A DNA stretch of 64,000 nucleotides from the human T2T-CHM13v2.0 reference genome, Homo sapiens, in assembly GCA_009914755.4 (NCBI GenBank), contig CP068257.2:12032001-12096000 (forward strand). Direction: 5' to 3'. The notes beneath the pieces were generated by a model. That model did no database searches, was not told where the DNA came from, and worked only from the letters and a program-made list of their open reading frames with translations. The position numbers were made by a program, and so were the translations under genes. This document shows positions 1 to 11,640 of the stretch, piece by piece (positions within the stretch are counted from its first letter, which is position 1; each line of letters begins with the position of its first letter).

Positions 1-143
1 AAATCACAGAGGTTCCTTGGCTCTTTACTTTATTAACAGGCATTAGGAAAGCACATCGACTTTCTTATTTAATAAAATGCCTGTTGCTTTGAAAAATTGC
101 TCAAAAGAAGAAAAGAGAGGGTTACTTAAAGATATCACTATAG

Positions 144-459
144 GCATGGCATGCTGGTCCACACCTGTAATCCAAGTACTTTGGGAGGCTGAGGAGAGAG
201 GATCACTTGAGTCCAGAAGTTCAATACCAGCCTAGGTGACATGGCAAAACCCCATCTTTACAAAACAAAACAAAATAGAAAAAATATTCAGGCACAGTGG
301 CATGTGCTTGTATTCCCAGTTACTCAGGAGACTGAAGTGGGAGAATCACTGAGCCCAGGGAGGTTGAGGCTGCAGTGAGCCATGATCGTGCTGCCCCTCT
401 CCAATCTGGGTGACAGAGCAAGACCCTGTCTCAAAAAAAAAAAAAAAAAAAAAAAAAAA
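144..459 (+). mobile_element. Alu SINE (full length, poly-A tail)
   Basis: Canonical Alu left and right monomers (ggc..ctgtaatcc..gggaggctgag..gcagtgagc..ctgggtgacagagcaagaccctgtctc) followed by a ~30 nt A-run. Confidence 0.9.
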
Positions 460-1225
460 GGCTATCACTATACTATCTATAACTATTCTTAATTAGGATA
501 ACTAGGTATTTTCCAACAGTGGAAACTCCAAACAGACTAAATTGTTGTACATCAAGGTGAATTGTCATAGTTAATTCCTTTGCTTGCAACTGTCCAATAA
601 ATGGATGAGGACTCACTTCACCAATAAATAAGAAATGTGAACAGCACATGGGGCCTGTAGATGCCTTTTGCAGGGCCCTCTTTTTCTCTTCCTAAAGTTG
701 CAATTTGCGTGTTTCTGTAGATGGGCACATCATAGAAACTGTCATCCTAGATCAGAGCCTGGAGAGAGAGATACAAGTGTCATGCTTACATATGCAGAGT
801 GGGAACAAGCCCAGAGAAATCAAGATGATTAAGCAGAAAGTTTCCATACTGGAGATAAACCAGCTGTGTAAAAAATCATGCTTATTGAACAAAAAAGCAT
901 TGCACAGCTGAAATAACTGCTTTAACTAAGAAGTGAAGAACTGACACCTGAACAGAGCACAGATAGCCACACAGACAGGAGCTGCATTTCAAACAAGGTC
1001 ATTGCTGTTGTCCCCACTCCAAATTAAGTGTCTCTGCTTCACCCTTCCTTACCAAAGTTCTGCTTGATCATCCTTTTGTTTTGTTTTGTTTTGTTTTTTG
1101 TACTTCACTTCTTTGAGAAAATATAAACCAAAATTTTACATGAAACAGGAATTCGGCTTTTGACAATGTTAGCCATTGAAACAACAACAAAAAAAGTTTC
1201 TATTATTTCTCATCTCTGTGCTATC

Positions 1226-1470
1226 CAGTGCAGTAGCCAATAGCCACAGGTGACTATTAAAATTAAAATTAATTCAAATAAAACAAAATTTAACATTAGC
1301 TGGTCAGTTGTACTAGCCACATCTCAATTACTCAATAGCCACATGTGGCTAGTGGCTACTGAACTAGGCAGCATGAATGTAGAACATTTTCATCATCATA
1401 GCTTTCTAGGTCATGGAAAAATTGCAGAACTCAATTTCCAGTGTGCACATTTATTTGCATGCCTAGGAGC
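1226..1470. mobile_element. Non-autonomous hAT-type DNA transposon (MITE), MER20-like
   Basis: Terminal inverted repeats cagtagccaatagccacaggtgac ... gccacatgtggctagtggctactg flanking an AT-rich core. The family name comes from memory of the consensus, not from a search. Confidence 0.45.
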
Positions 1471-2522
1471 TTTCTGACCCTGTGTTGAGCTGCCTAACCA
1501 GCTTCCTGATTGACCTCCTGATATTTCTGCAAATGTGGACTAAGAGGCCAGGAGTCCTCAGGGCCCAGGTGACTCAGGTTATTCAGTAATTATGTTTGGA
1601 CTAGCAGGCCTCTACTTAATTTGGGATGCAAAAGGGGACTTCTCTTCCTAATTGCTAAAATAGCTTTTCAAGGTTCACCTCTCATCGTGGTAAGAGTCTC
1701 ATTTCCTGAGACTCTTATTTCTTTCCATGACTTATGTTATATTCTGGAGAGAGTGGATTCACATGGAAAAGCTGGCTCTGTGCTGGTTTTCCAGGGGTCA
1801 GCCCTCTTGTGAGTGACAAGTCTGCCTATTTACATGATGTACATTGTGTCCCACTACTGGTAATAGAAGCTCAGCAGCTGATTGACTGTTAGGTTATTTT
1901 CAAAGCTCAATATTCACAATAATCTAACAGACACCCACACAACCACAAAGACAGACAAGGCTCTCATAACCTGCAAAAGACAAGGTGCACATTTCTTCTT
2001 TCCATCCCAGCAACAAATTGCCAACCCAGCCAGCACTTAAGTTGGGGTAAAAATTAATTAAAAGAAGAATCTACCAATGTAGATAAAAGAACAAAAAAGC
2101 TATTGCAGCTGTCTTCTCCATAACAGAGGCCTGTGATTTGAATTTTAATGTTTCAATCTACTTTCTGCTCTTGTGTTTATTTTATTATTTATTTTTTGTC
2201 ACTATCTCTTATTTGTAGATACAAATTTTTCACATTTAAAAGCTATTTTAAATATAATCTTTAAAAGGAGAAACATTATTTTTTTTAATTGCACAAAATA
2301 CTGAAGGTGAGATCCACTGATTGGAATGCAAAATGGGACAATATCTCTGGAAGCAATTTTATCCAGATAAATCAATAGCTTTAAAACAATTCAAAACCTT
2401 GGACCTAATACCTCTACTTCTAGGAAGCTAGCCTATGAAGGTTTCTGCTGAAGGATGTTTATCACAGTATTATTTATAATGCAAAAAAGCCAAAGAGGAG
2501 ACCTGAAATGTTTCAAAGATGA

Positions 2523-2829
<307 letters not shown>

Positions 2830-3177
2830 AATAAACAACGTATTTAAACACTAGAATATTATGCAAAAATTCCAGGCATGCTTTGGAAAAACTATTAATC
2901 CCACAAAAGATGCTTATGTTATTATACAGACTAAGAGACCAAGATTCTCCAGGACACTTACTGTGTTACATGTCTGAAGTACAATATAATGCTGTATATA
3001 AAATGTGACCTCAACTCAGGCCCCAGTCTTTTCATCTGGAAAATTCTATTAATTATACTGCCCTTCCCCTTTTTAGATTTTCTGTAGGAGTTAAATACAA
3101 TACACTTTGTCAATTGCTTAACACCATGCTCAACACTGGTCAGAGAGATATAAATGTCAGCTATTGTACTATGTGCC

Positions 3178-3236
3178 AAAAAAAAAAAAAAAAACCACAC
3201 AGACAGACACACACACACACACACAAAGACACACAT
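3178..3236. repeat. Poly-A plus degenerate (CA)n microsatellite
   Basis: aaaaaaaaaaaaaaaccacacagacagacacacacacacacacaaagacacaca. Confidence 0.85.
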
Positions 3237-3435
3237 GGAGGGAGAGGAAGTAAAGATTAGAAAGCAGCACATAATGTTATGGTAGGCAATGGGACCACTA
3301 ATGATTTTCATATTCTTTTTTATTTTCTTCTTTATACTGCTTACATTTTTCAGTGTATACAATGAGCATGTATTACTTCTGTAACCAGAAGAATGTGGTA
3401 TAAACCTCACCTTAATATAATAAAACAAAATTACT

Positions 3436-3775
<340 letters not shown>

Positions 3776-5535
3776 TTATTACTTAGATCCCACATGCTGT
3801 CTTGGAGCCATTGTAGCATTGCAGGATTCAAGAGACTGGAGAGACCAATGGATGAGACAGGAGGATTTTATTAAAGTGGCCACTGGCCTAGTGGATTCGC
3901 ATCCAAAAGGCTGAGCTCCGAACAAAGATGGGGCCTGGTTTTTAAGCATGCAGCTGCGTGAAACTCACAGGGCGGGATGGCAAGCTTATAGAAGCAGAAC
4001 AAAGGCAGTTAATCAAACAGTGACAGGTGTATGACTCAAACATGCCTGGTGACCTCTGCTGGGCTGCCCAGCAGGCTCTCAGTGGATGGTCACTATTTTA
4101 GGCTTGCTCAGGCATGTCTTGTGACCTTCTCAGTGTTGCACAGATGGAAAACAGGAACTTACAAAATCCTTACAAACTTACAGAAATAGTTACAAAAATA
4201 ATTATGAGAGCAGAGCAAAGACATACTGGCCTAGGAAAGAATCTCAAAGGGGGAAGCTGATAAGAAGAACTTATTTTTCTCATCCCCGTTCCTGGAGTCC
4301 GTTCCTTCTGTGCTCTGCTTGACCTTGTACATAAAGTTAGCTTAGTCTTAGCAGGGCCTTGGAGTGAGTCAGCCTGGTACAGGCAGGAATTTAGGTTTTT
4401 CTCCTTTTAATTTCTGCTTTTGTAAGCCAGGGTTCTGATTGTCACTGCTGAGAAAGTAAAGTGTGTTCAGGCTGTCCATGGTTCTGGGCTCCCTTGGGTC
4501 TCTGAGGAGGATTGTCCCCTCCATCACAGAGAATATCAGGACACTAGCCTGTTCCTAGTTATACTTACACACTCTTCTCATGTTGTCTATGGAGTGGAGG
4601 CTGCAGGGAGGGTGACATCCTAGTTAGTCCCAAGTGCCAGACTGCCTGAAGCTCACTGTTAACAAGTCCTGCCTTGGAGAAGAAGGAAGGGTGTCTTTGT
4701 GAACCTCCCACCTGGGCCAAAGGGAGGCCACTCTCTCCTCTGCTTCTCCCCAACCTTGGTCTTCTGCACTCCTAGTGAACCTCTCACCCCCTGCCTACAG
4801 GCCTGGAATCTCAAGACCATGATGGCCTCTCATCACCCCTGAATCCAGAGCTTTCCCTTTACAAAGGGGAAACTGAGACCTGGAGCAGGGCTGATGTTCA
4901 GCCAGTGCACAAGGGAATAGATGAATTGGTGGTGAAATACTGAAATAGTTCCAGGGTGGATGGAAAGGGGCCGCTGCCCTGAACATCTCTACCCCCCACC
5001 TCAGCCCGTCCTCCAGGACCCTGGGTCAGCACCAGGAGCATCAAAGTGGCCAGGATTGGCTGAAGCCCATGCTAATGGCTCTGCCAGCTCTTCTCCCCAC
5101 TAGAGAGGGCAGGGGAATTCAGGCCATCTGGAGGTAGCGCTGTGACCGTGTATGCAGTAGTCAAACCTTGTGTGCCACCATCCCTGACTTTGTTGATAAG
5201 GGCATCAGGCTACATCCCTCGGGTACTCAGTGGTAAGCATCTAAAATCTTAAAGAAAAAATTTAAAAAGCTTTCAAAATATAGGACTTAACATATAAGCC
5301 TGCATAAACATCTCTTTAGCAGTTGTCCAACTGGTGCTTCTGGTTCTGCCTCCCCAGAGAGTGGATGACCTGGGCCACCCTCCACCACTGCCCCGTAAGG
5401 CCACTGGACACGCAGCCCATCAGTTCTCTTCACGTGGTCATCCCCCTTTAGATGGGAGAAAATACACCTGCCTCATTTTTGTACCTTCTGTGTGGACATT
5501 CCATGACAGAGCTTCACTAAATGTATGATGAAGAA

Positions 5536-5591
5536 CTGAATGAATGAATGAATGAATGAATGAATGAATATGAGAGCAAATGAATGAATGG
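5536..5591. repeat. (TGAA)n microsatellite
   Basis: Direct tetranucleotide repeat tgaatgaatgaatgaatgaatgaatgaata...tgaatgaatgg. Confidence 0.9.
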
Positions 5592-6525
5592 CTCAGATCC
5601 TGGGCTGGAAGGCTGTGTATGAGGATGGTGGGTAGAGGAGGGTCTGTTTTTCTTGCCTTTAAGTCATTACTTGTCATTTTGGGGCAGGAGCACAGGCTTT
5701 GAATGCCGACTGACTGGACTTTAATCCTGGCTTTACTAGCTGTGATTGTGTGACCTCGTACATGTTACTTAAACCCTCTGTGCCTGTTTCTTTATCTGTA
5801 AAATGGAGACAATAAGATGACAAAGGACTGTGGTAAGAATTAAATGCTTTAAAAAAATCGCAGTTTGTATTAAGTCCTCAATAGATTGGGTTTAGCATCA
5901 TGAGTGCATGTGTTTCTGCAGCAATGCTCATCTTGGGCTGGATGGTACCTACACAGAGAAAGACTCTGGCCTCTTCTCACCCACATGTATCTGTCTTATG
6001 CCTGGTTCCCATTCCCAGATCCTTGGAAGATCCATATTGCTGAAATGGTGAAGGGTGATGGGCACCTCAGGACAACTAAGCGGCTCCCCAAACATCTTCC
6101 CCCTCCCAAACTCTCCTGTGGTCTTTAGCATTTAACAGGAATCTCTCGACACTCTCAAGGGGTGATCTTCTCATGGAAGACCAGTGGGGAGGAGGCTGCA
6201 GGAAAGGTCAGGCACTGTGCACTTACTTCCCTGACAGCTGCAAGTGGTTCTGTTTCCAAGCCCATGGGTCACTATGAATAAGGCAAGTTATATGACATAA
6301 TAATGTGATTCTTTGGTGCCTCAGTCCACACTGGCACTTTAATACTCCTAGAGTGGATTGCATGGTGGTCTATCAAAAGATATGTCTACCTGGAACTTGT
6401 GAATGTGCCTTTATTTGGAAAACAATCTGCAGATGTAATTAAATCCAGCACCTTGAGATGAGGGCATCTCATCTTGGATTAGGATGGGCCCTAAATCCAA
6501 TGACAAGTATCCTTATAAGAAAAGC

Positions 6526-6803
6526 GGCAGGTAGGGCAGAGTGGCTCAAACATATAATCCCACCACTGAGGAAGGTCAAGTTGGGAGGATCGCTTGAACT
6601 CCAGGCGTTCAAGACCTGCCTGGGCAACATGGTAAGACCCTGTCTCTCCAAAATATATATAAAATATAACAGCCAGGCATGATGGCACCTGCCTGTAGTC
6701 CCAGCTACCAGCTAATCAGGAGGCTGAGGTGACAGCATACCTTGAATCTGGGAGATTGAGGCTTCAGTGAGCTGTGATCATGACACTGCCCTCCAGCCTG
6801 GGT
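6526..6803 (+). mobile_element. Alu SINE, 3'-truncated (no terminal ~25 nt, no poly-A)
   Basis: The Alu body runs to ...ccctccagcctgggtg and then switches directly into unrelated GC-rich tandem-repeat sequence. Confidence 0.85.
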
Positions 6804-9800
6804 GGCCCCTGGCCCCTCCACAACCTGCGCTAGAAGAGCTGGGCCCTGGCTCTGGGCACCATGCAGCCTCTAAGGTGGGGCTGAGCGCCAGTTCCTGCCC
6901 TCCTGCAGCTGGGGACCAATACCCTGACTTAGGCGCTGTGGAGGCTTCTGGCCCAAGGGTCCGCACTGCTGGTGGCACTGGCAGGGTCAGAGTTTGCCAC
7001 AGCTGCTGCTGCGCGCCTTGTGCAGGTTACCACTGCAGCTGAACCTACAGCAGAAGCAGGCAGGGCTGGTCCCAGACAGCCTGGGGGTCTCTAAGTGCAG
7101 GGCCCTTTCACCCTAGAGTCAGCTCTTTCTTGCCGGCACCCATAGCGGGGTGTGCAGGCGCTGGGTACAGGGCAGCAGCCAGGAAATGGCTGAGCGGCCT
7201 GTTCCCGCCCTCCTGCAGCTGGGGCCTGACCACCTGAATTAGCCGCTGGGCGAGGTCTGGCCCTGGGATCCGCCTGGCTGGTGTAGGAGCACGGTCTGGG
7301 GTTGCCTCCAAGGCTGCTGCGCGCGCCATGTGCAGGCAAGGGTTTCCCAGACAGCCTCAGGGTCATGGAGTGGACCACTGTCCCAGCCTGGAGTCCGCTC
7401 TTCCTTTGCCTGCTCCCAGAGTTCCGGGTCGCGGGCACTGGGAACTGTGCCGCCAAGGGGACTGGGCCGAGGGCAAAGGTTTCTGCCCTGCTGCAGCTGC
7501 GGGGCTGACTGCCTGAATTAGGCGCTGAGGCGGCGTTGTCCCTGGTGTCCTGGCTCTTGGTGGTGCAGGCAAAGTGCCCGGTTGCTCTGCTGCTGCGGCG
7601 CCGTTGTACAGGTGGCAGCTGTAGCTGAGTTCTCAGTAGGGGCCGGCAGGGTTGGTCCTAGAAAGCGTGAGGATCGCCGAGTGCACTGCCCTCCCAGCCT
7701 AGGGTCCACTCTTCCTTGGCCCGAGCCCAGAGCTCGGGGTTTCAGGCGCTGGGCCCTGTGCAGCTGCCCAGAATAGGCTGAGCGGCAGGTTCCCGCCCTG
7801 GCAAGGGATCCAGCAGTGGAATCCTCACTGCTGTTGGCTGCGGGCAAGGTCAGCGGGGTTTCCATCGCTGCTGGTGGGAGCCACCTGGCGGTGGTAGCTG
7901 CAAGTGAGCGCGTGGCAGAGACTGGCAGGGCTGGTCCCAGACACCCTGAGGGTCTCTGGGTGCATCGCCCTACCACCCTAGGGTCTGCTCTTCCTTAGCC
8001 TGCTCCCAGGACGCGGTGTACGAGGGCTAGACTCTGAGCAGCCTCCAGGATGGGGCTGAGCAGCGGATTCCTGCCCTGCTGCAGCTACAGTCTGAATTAG
8101 GCGCCACCGCAGTATCTGGCCCTGGGGTACGTGCTACTGGGTGGCATGGACAGAGATGGGGGCTGCCACAGCTGCTATGGGGCTGAGCAGCCGATTCTCG
8201 CCCTGCTGCAGCGGGCGACCGCTGCAATCCCCAGCGCTATGGGACCGACCACCTGACTTAGATGCCTTGGAGGCATCCGGTCCTGGGGTCTTGCTGCTGG
8301 TGTCTGCGGGCAGGGTCACGGCTGCCACTACTACTGCTGTGCGCCATGGGCAGGTGCCAGCTGCAGCTGAGTCCGAGGCAGATGCTGTCAGGGCTGGTCT
8401 GAGGTTGCCTAAGGGTGGCTGAGTGCACCACGCTTCCACCCCAGGGTCCGTTATTCCTAGGCCGGCTCCCAGATTGCAGGGTTGTGGGCGTTGGACACTG
8501 TGCAGCCATGAGGATCTGGTTGGGTGCAGATTCCCGCCCTCCTGCAGCTGAGAAGCCAATCTCATAACAGGCGCTGCAGTGACCTCTGGCTCTGCGGTCC
8601 GCGCTGCTGCTGGAGCTGGCAGAGAACAGAGCTGCCACCGCTGCTGCTTCCAGGAGTGTGCAGCTGGCAGCTGCAGCTGAGCCCGTGGCGGAGGCTGGAA
8701 GGCCTTATTCCAGAAGCCTTGAGGGTCCCCGAATGCACCGCCCTCCCACCCTAAGGTCCAGTCTTCCTTGCCCGCGCCCAGAGAGTTGGATTGCAGGCGC
8801 TGAGCACAGTGCAGGTGCTGGGATGGGGCTAAGCTGAAAGTTTCCGCCCTCTGGCTGCTGCGGGGCCGACAGCCTGAGTTATGCGCCGCGGCGGCTTTTG
8901 GTCATGGGATCCGCACTGCCGGTGGCTTGCACAGGGTCGGGGGCTGCCACAGCTGCTATAGTTCACCGTGTGCACGTGGCAGCCGCCCCTGAGCCCACCG
9001 CTGAGGCTGCAGGGCTGGTCCGGTCCCAGACGGCCTGAGGGCCATTTGCCCGCGCCCAGATCCGGGTGGCTGCGCTGGGCACTGTGCAGCCTCCCGGAAT
9101 CCGCTGAAGGGCACGTTCCCGCTCTCCTACAGCTGTGGGCCGACTGCCTGATTTTGGCCACTAGGTGGAGTCTGGCTCTAGGGTTTCGAGGCCGCTGGTG
9201 TTGGTGGGCGGAGTCCGGGTTTGCCACCGCTGCGCTCCATGAGCAGGTAGCAGCTGCAGCGGAGCTTTAGACCGAGGCTGGCAGGGCTGGCCCCAGACGG
9301 CCTGAGGGTCAGGGAGTGCAGGGTCCTCCCACCCTAGGTCCGCTCTTCCTTTGCCCTTACCCAGAGCGGGTTGTGCGGGCTCTGGGCTCTGTGCCGGCGC
9401 TGGGCTCTGTGCAGCCGCCGAGATGGGGCTGAGCAGCGGATTTCCTCCCTGCTGCAGCTGGAGGACGATTACCTGCACTAGCCGCTGAGGCGGCATCTGG
9501 CCCTGGGTTACTGCAGCTGGTGACGCGGGCAGGGTCAGGGTTGGTTGCAGGTGGCAGCTGCTGCTAAACCCATTGCGAGCCTCAGGGTCACCAAGTTCAC
9601 CGTCCTTTCATCATAGTATCTGATCTTTGGCCCGCGCCCAGAGTGCGGACTGGCCTGCGCTGGGGACTGCATAGCTTCTGGGGGCCGGTCAGCGCCAGTT
9701 TCACGTCCTCCTGCAGCTGCGTGGCCTAAGGTCTTAGGCGCCGCGGCGCTATCTGGCCCTGCTGTCGACGCTGCTGGTGGTGGGGACAGGGTCAAGGGTT

Positions 9801-10150
9801 GCCACTGCTGCTCCCGTGCGCCATCGGCAGGTGGCAGTTGCAGATGAGCCCACAATTGAGGCTGTTGGGGCTGCTCCCAGGTTGTTAGAGGGTCGCCGAG
9901 TTCACCGACATGCCACCCTAGGTTACGCTCTTGGCCCGCACCCAGAGCGCCGGGTTACGGGTCCTGGGCCCTGTGCAGCCACGGGGATGGTGCTGAGTGC
10001 AGGTTCCCGTCTTCCTGAGATGCGGGGCGACCACTGGAATTAGCCTCTGTGGTGGTATCTGACCCTAGGGTCCGAGCTGCTGGTGGCGTGGGCGGGGTCG
10101 AAGTCGCCTCTGTTGCTGCGGCGTGCCATTTGCACCGTCCTCTGGTACAG
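6804..10150. repeat. CpG-rich tandem repeat array: about 11 degenerate units of ~260-340 bp, plus one ~125 bp partial unit
   Basis: The block ...ctgtgcagcc..ggctgagc.g..ttcccgccctcctgcagctgggg..ctgaattaggcgctg..ggc.tctggccctggg.tccgc.ctgctggtgg..gcagggtca.ggttgccacagctgctgctgcgcgcc.tgtgcaggt.gcagctgcagctgag..ggctggcagggctggtcccagacagcctgagggtc..gagtgcac.gccctcccaccctagggtccgctcttcc.tggcc.gc.cccagag... recurs about 11 times. The cctgcagctg-like anchor falls near 6904, 7213, 7490, 7800, 8080, 8205, 8541, 8855, 9125, 9453, 9710 and 10020. Confidence 0.85.
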
Positions 10151-11439
10151 GCTGGTCTGTGCTGTGCATGGTCAATGTAGTCTTCTCTGGGCATTCTTCA
10201 CAGATATCTGCTGGCATGGCTCATCTTCTCTTTGATTTTGCATGTATTGTCACCCACTGATGAAGTTTCTGGTCACCTGCCATTTTCCTCTAGCCACCAA
10301 GACCTCACATTCTGAGGCCAGCATGTCCCACCAGGGGCCCCCACTGGCCCTGTCAAACCAGTTGTGAGTCCCCCTCCCACCAAGCTTGGAGAGACTGGCT
10401 TTTCAGACAGCACTCACAAGCTGAGAGTAAGGGAATTGATCTCTTAGGCACTTCCCCCTGTCCTGCCACTCTGTCATTCCTGGAACACCCTATGTGCACT
10501 AGAGAAGTAAGACATCAGCCTGCATATTTTCTCATCTTTCTTTAACTGTCTATTTTTTCCTATCTATCTGTATGAGTGAGTCCCAGGAAGATGTTGGGGC
10601 TGAATACCTGATCAGAGACACAGGCAGAGCCATAGTCACATCTCCTGGGAACTTTCTTCTTCCTGTGTAATTAAAAGCTCTTCTCTTCCTCTTGTTCATA
10701 GAAATTCCCCTTACACTAAACCTTTGAAACCATCCCCTCAGCTTGATAAAATTTTAGACAGGATTATTTCTGATTCTTGGCTCCTGGCCTCTTTTATTAG
10801 CATATTTTAGAAATGTTATCATTGTAAATTCTCTCTCTGCCTCTTTGATATATAAATCTTTTTAAGAGCCCATCTGCCAGTTTTACACTTCAGAAATGTC
10901 CATTTCAAGGACCTCAGAGCCATTCCTTTGAAATGTAATCCTCAAGAAAGATAACACCATTATCTCCCAGACTCCATAAGAGAGTAAGAGCCAAATTATG
11001 GTGGGCATATTGCTCTGATTTGTAAAATTACCTTCTGTCATAAAGATAAGATAGTTTAATGTTCCTTTGGAAAAAGACAACTGTCAAAAACAAGTGGCCT
11101 ATGATCACCCCCTCATCCCAGCTCTTAAAATCTCTACTGCTGTTTGTTTCAGTGGAGCTGAGTTCAGACTAAGTTCTGGCCTCTTTGTCCTTTTGCAATA
11201 GCCTTCAATAACAGCTTTTTTATGTGTTTAACTTTGTCTGGTGCAATTGTTTTCTTTGACACTTTCCACCCTAACTAGAACTTCCATTAAAGTCATAGTA
11301 GGATTCAAGGCAGCCAAACTCGACTCACATACGTAAAAAAACTTCTTAGGATGTAGAAACCCATATTCTCTTCAATAAATTGTTTCTTCAGACCATTGCC
11401 TTATTAAAAGTTTCTAGTTCTTATTTTGGCATTGAAAAG

Positions 11440-11640
11440 CAGAACACCAATTTTTAAATAAGTCTCTGCTCACTTTTAATTTCTGCTATAACAATTTTAT
11501 TGCTTTCCATGGCTGAACAACGAGAAGACCAGAACACAATTTTAAATTAAATTTTATTTAATTTTTACTATTACAATTTTATTTCTTTCTCTGACTGAAA
11601 GAAGAAAACTCGAATAAAGTAGTCTAGTGTATAAAGTGAA
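11440..11640. repeat. Local two-copy degenerate direct repeat (~70 bp unit)
   Basis: taatttctgctataacaattttattgctttccatggctgaacaacgagaagaccagaacac is repeated as taatttttactattacaattttatttctttctctgactgaaagaagaaaactcgaataaag. Confidence 0.4.

Noticed and set aside
6804-10150. Could the regular array be a CRISPR array or a prokaryotic repeat system?
   Set aside because: The window is full of Alu and L1 elements, so it is primate DNA. The units are ~300 bp, contiguous and degenerate, with no unique spacers, and there are no cas-like ORFs.
6767-10194. Many 60-150 aa ORFs on both strands inside the GC-rich tandem array (for example 7518-7976(-), 8134-8565(-), 8829-9227(-))
   Set aside because: These are artefacts of high GC, which makes stops rare. 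The proteins are Ala/Pro/Arg/Gly low-complexity. The frames are not conserved between repeat units (unit lengths 257-336 nt, not a constant multiple of 3). The ORFs overlap each other on opposite strands.
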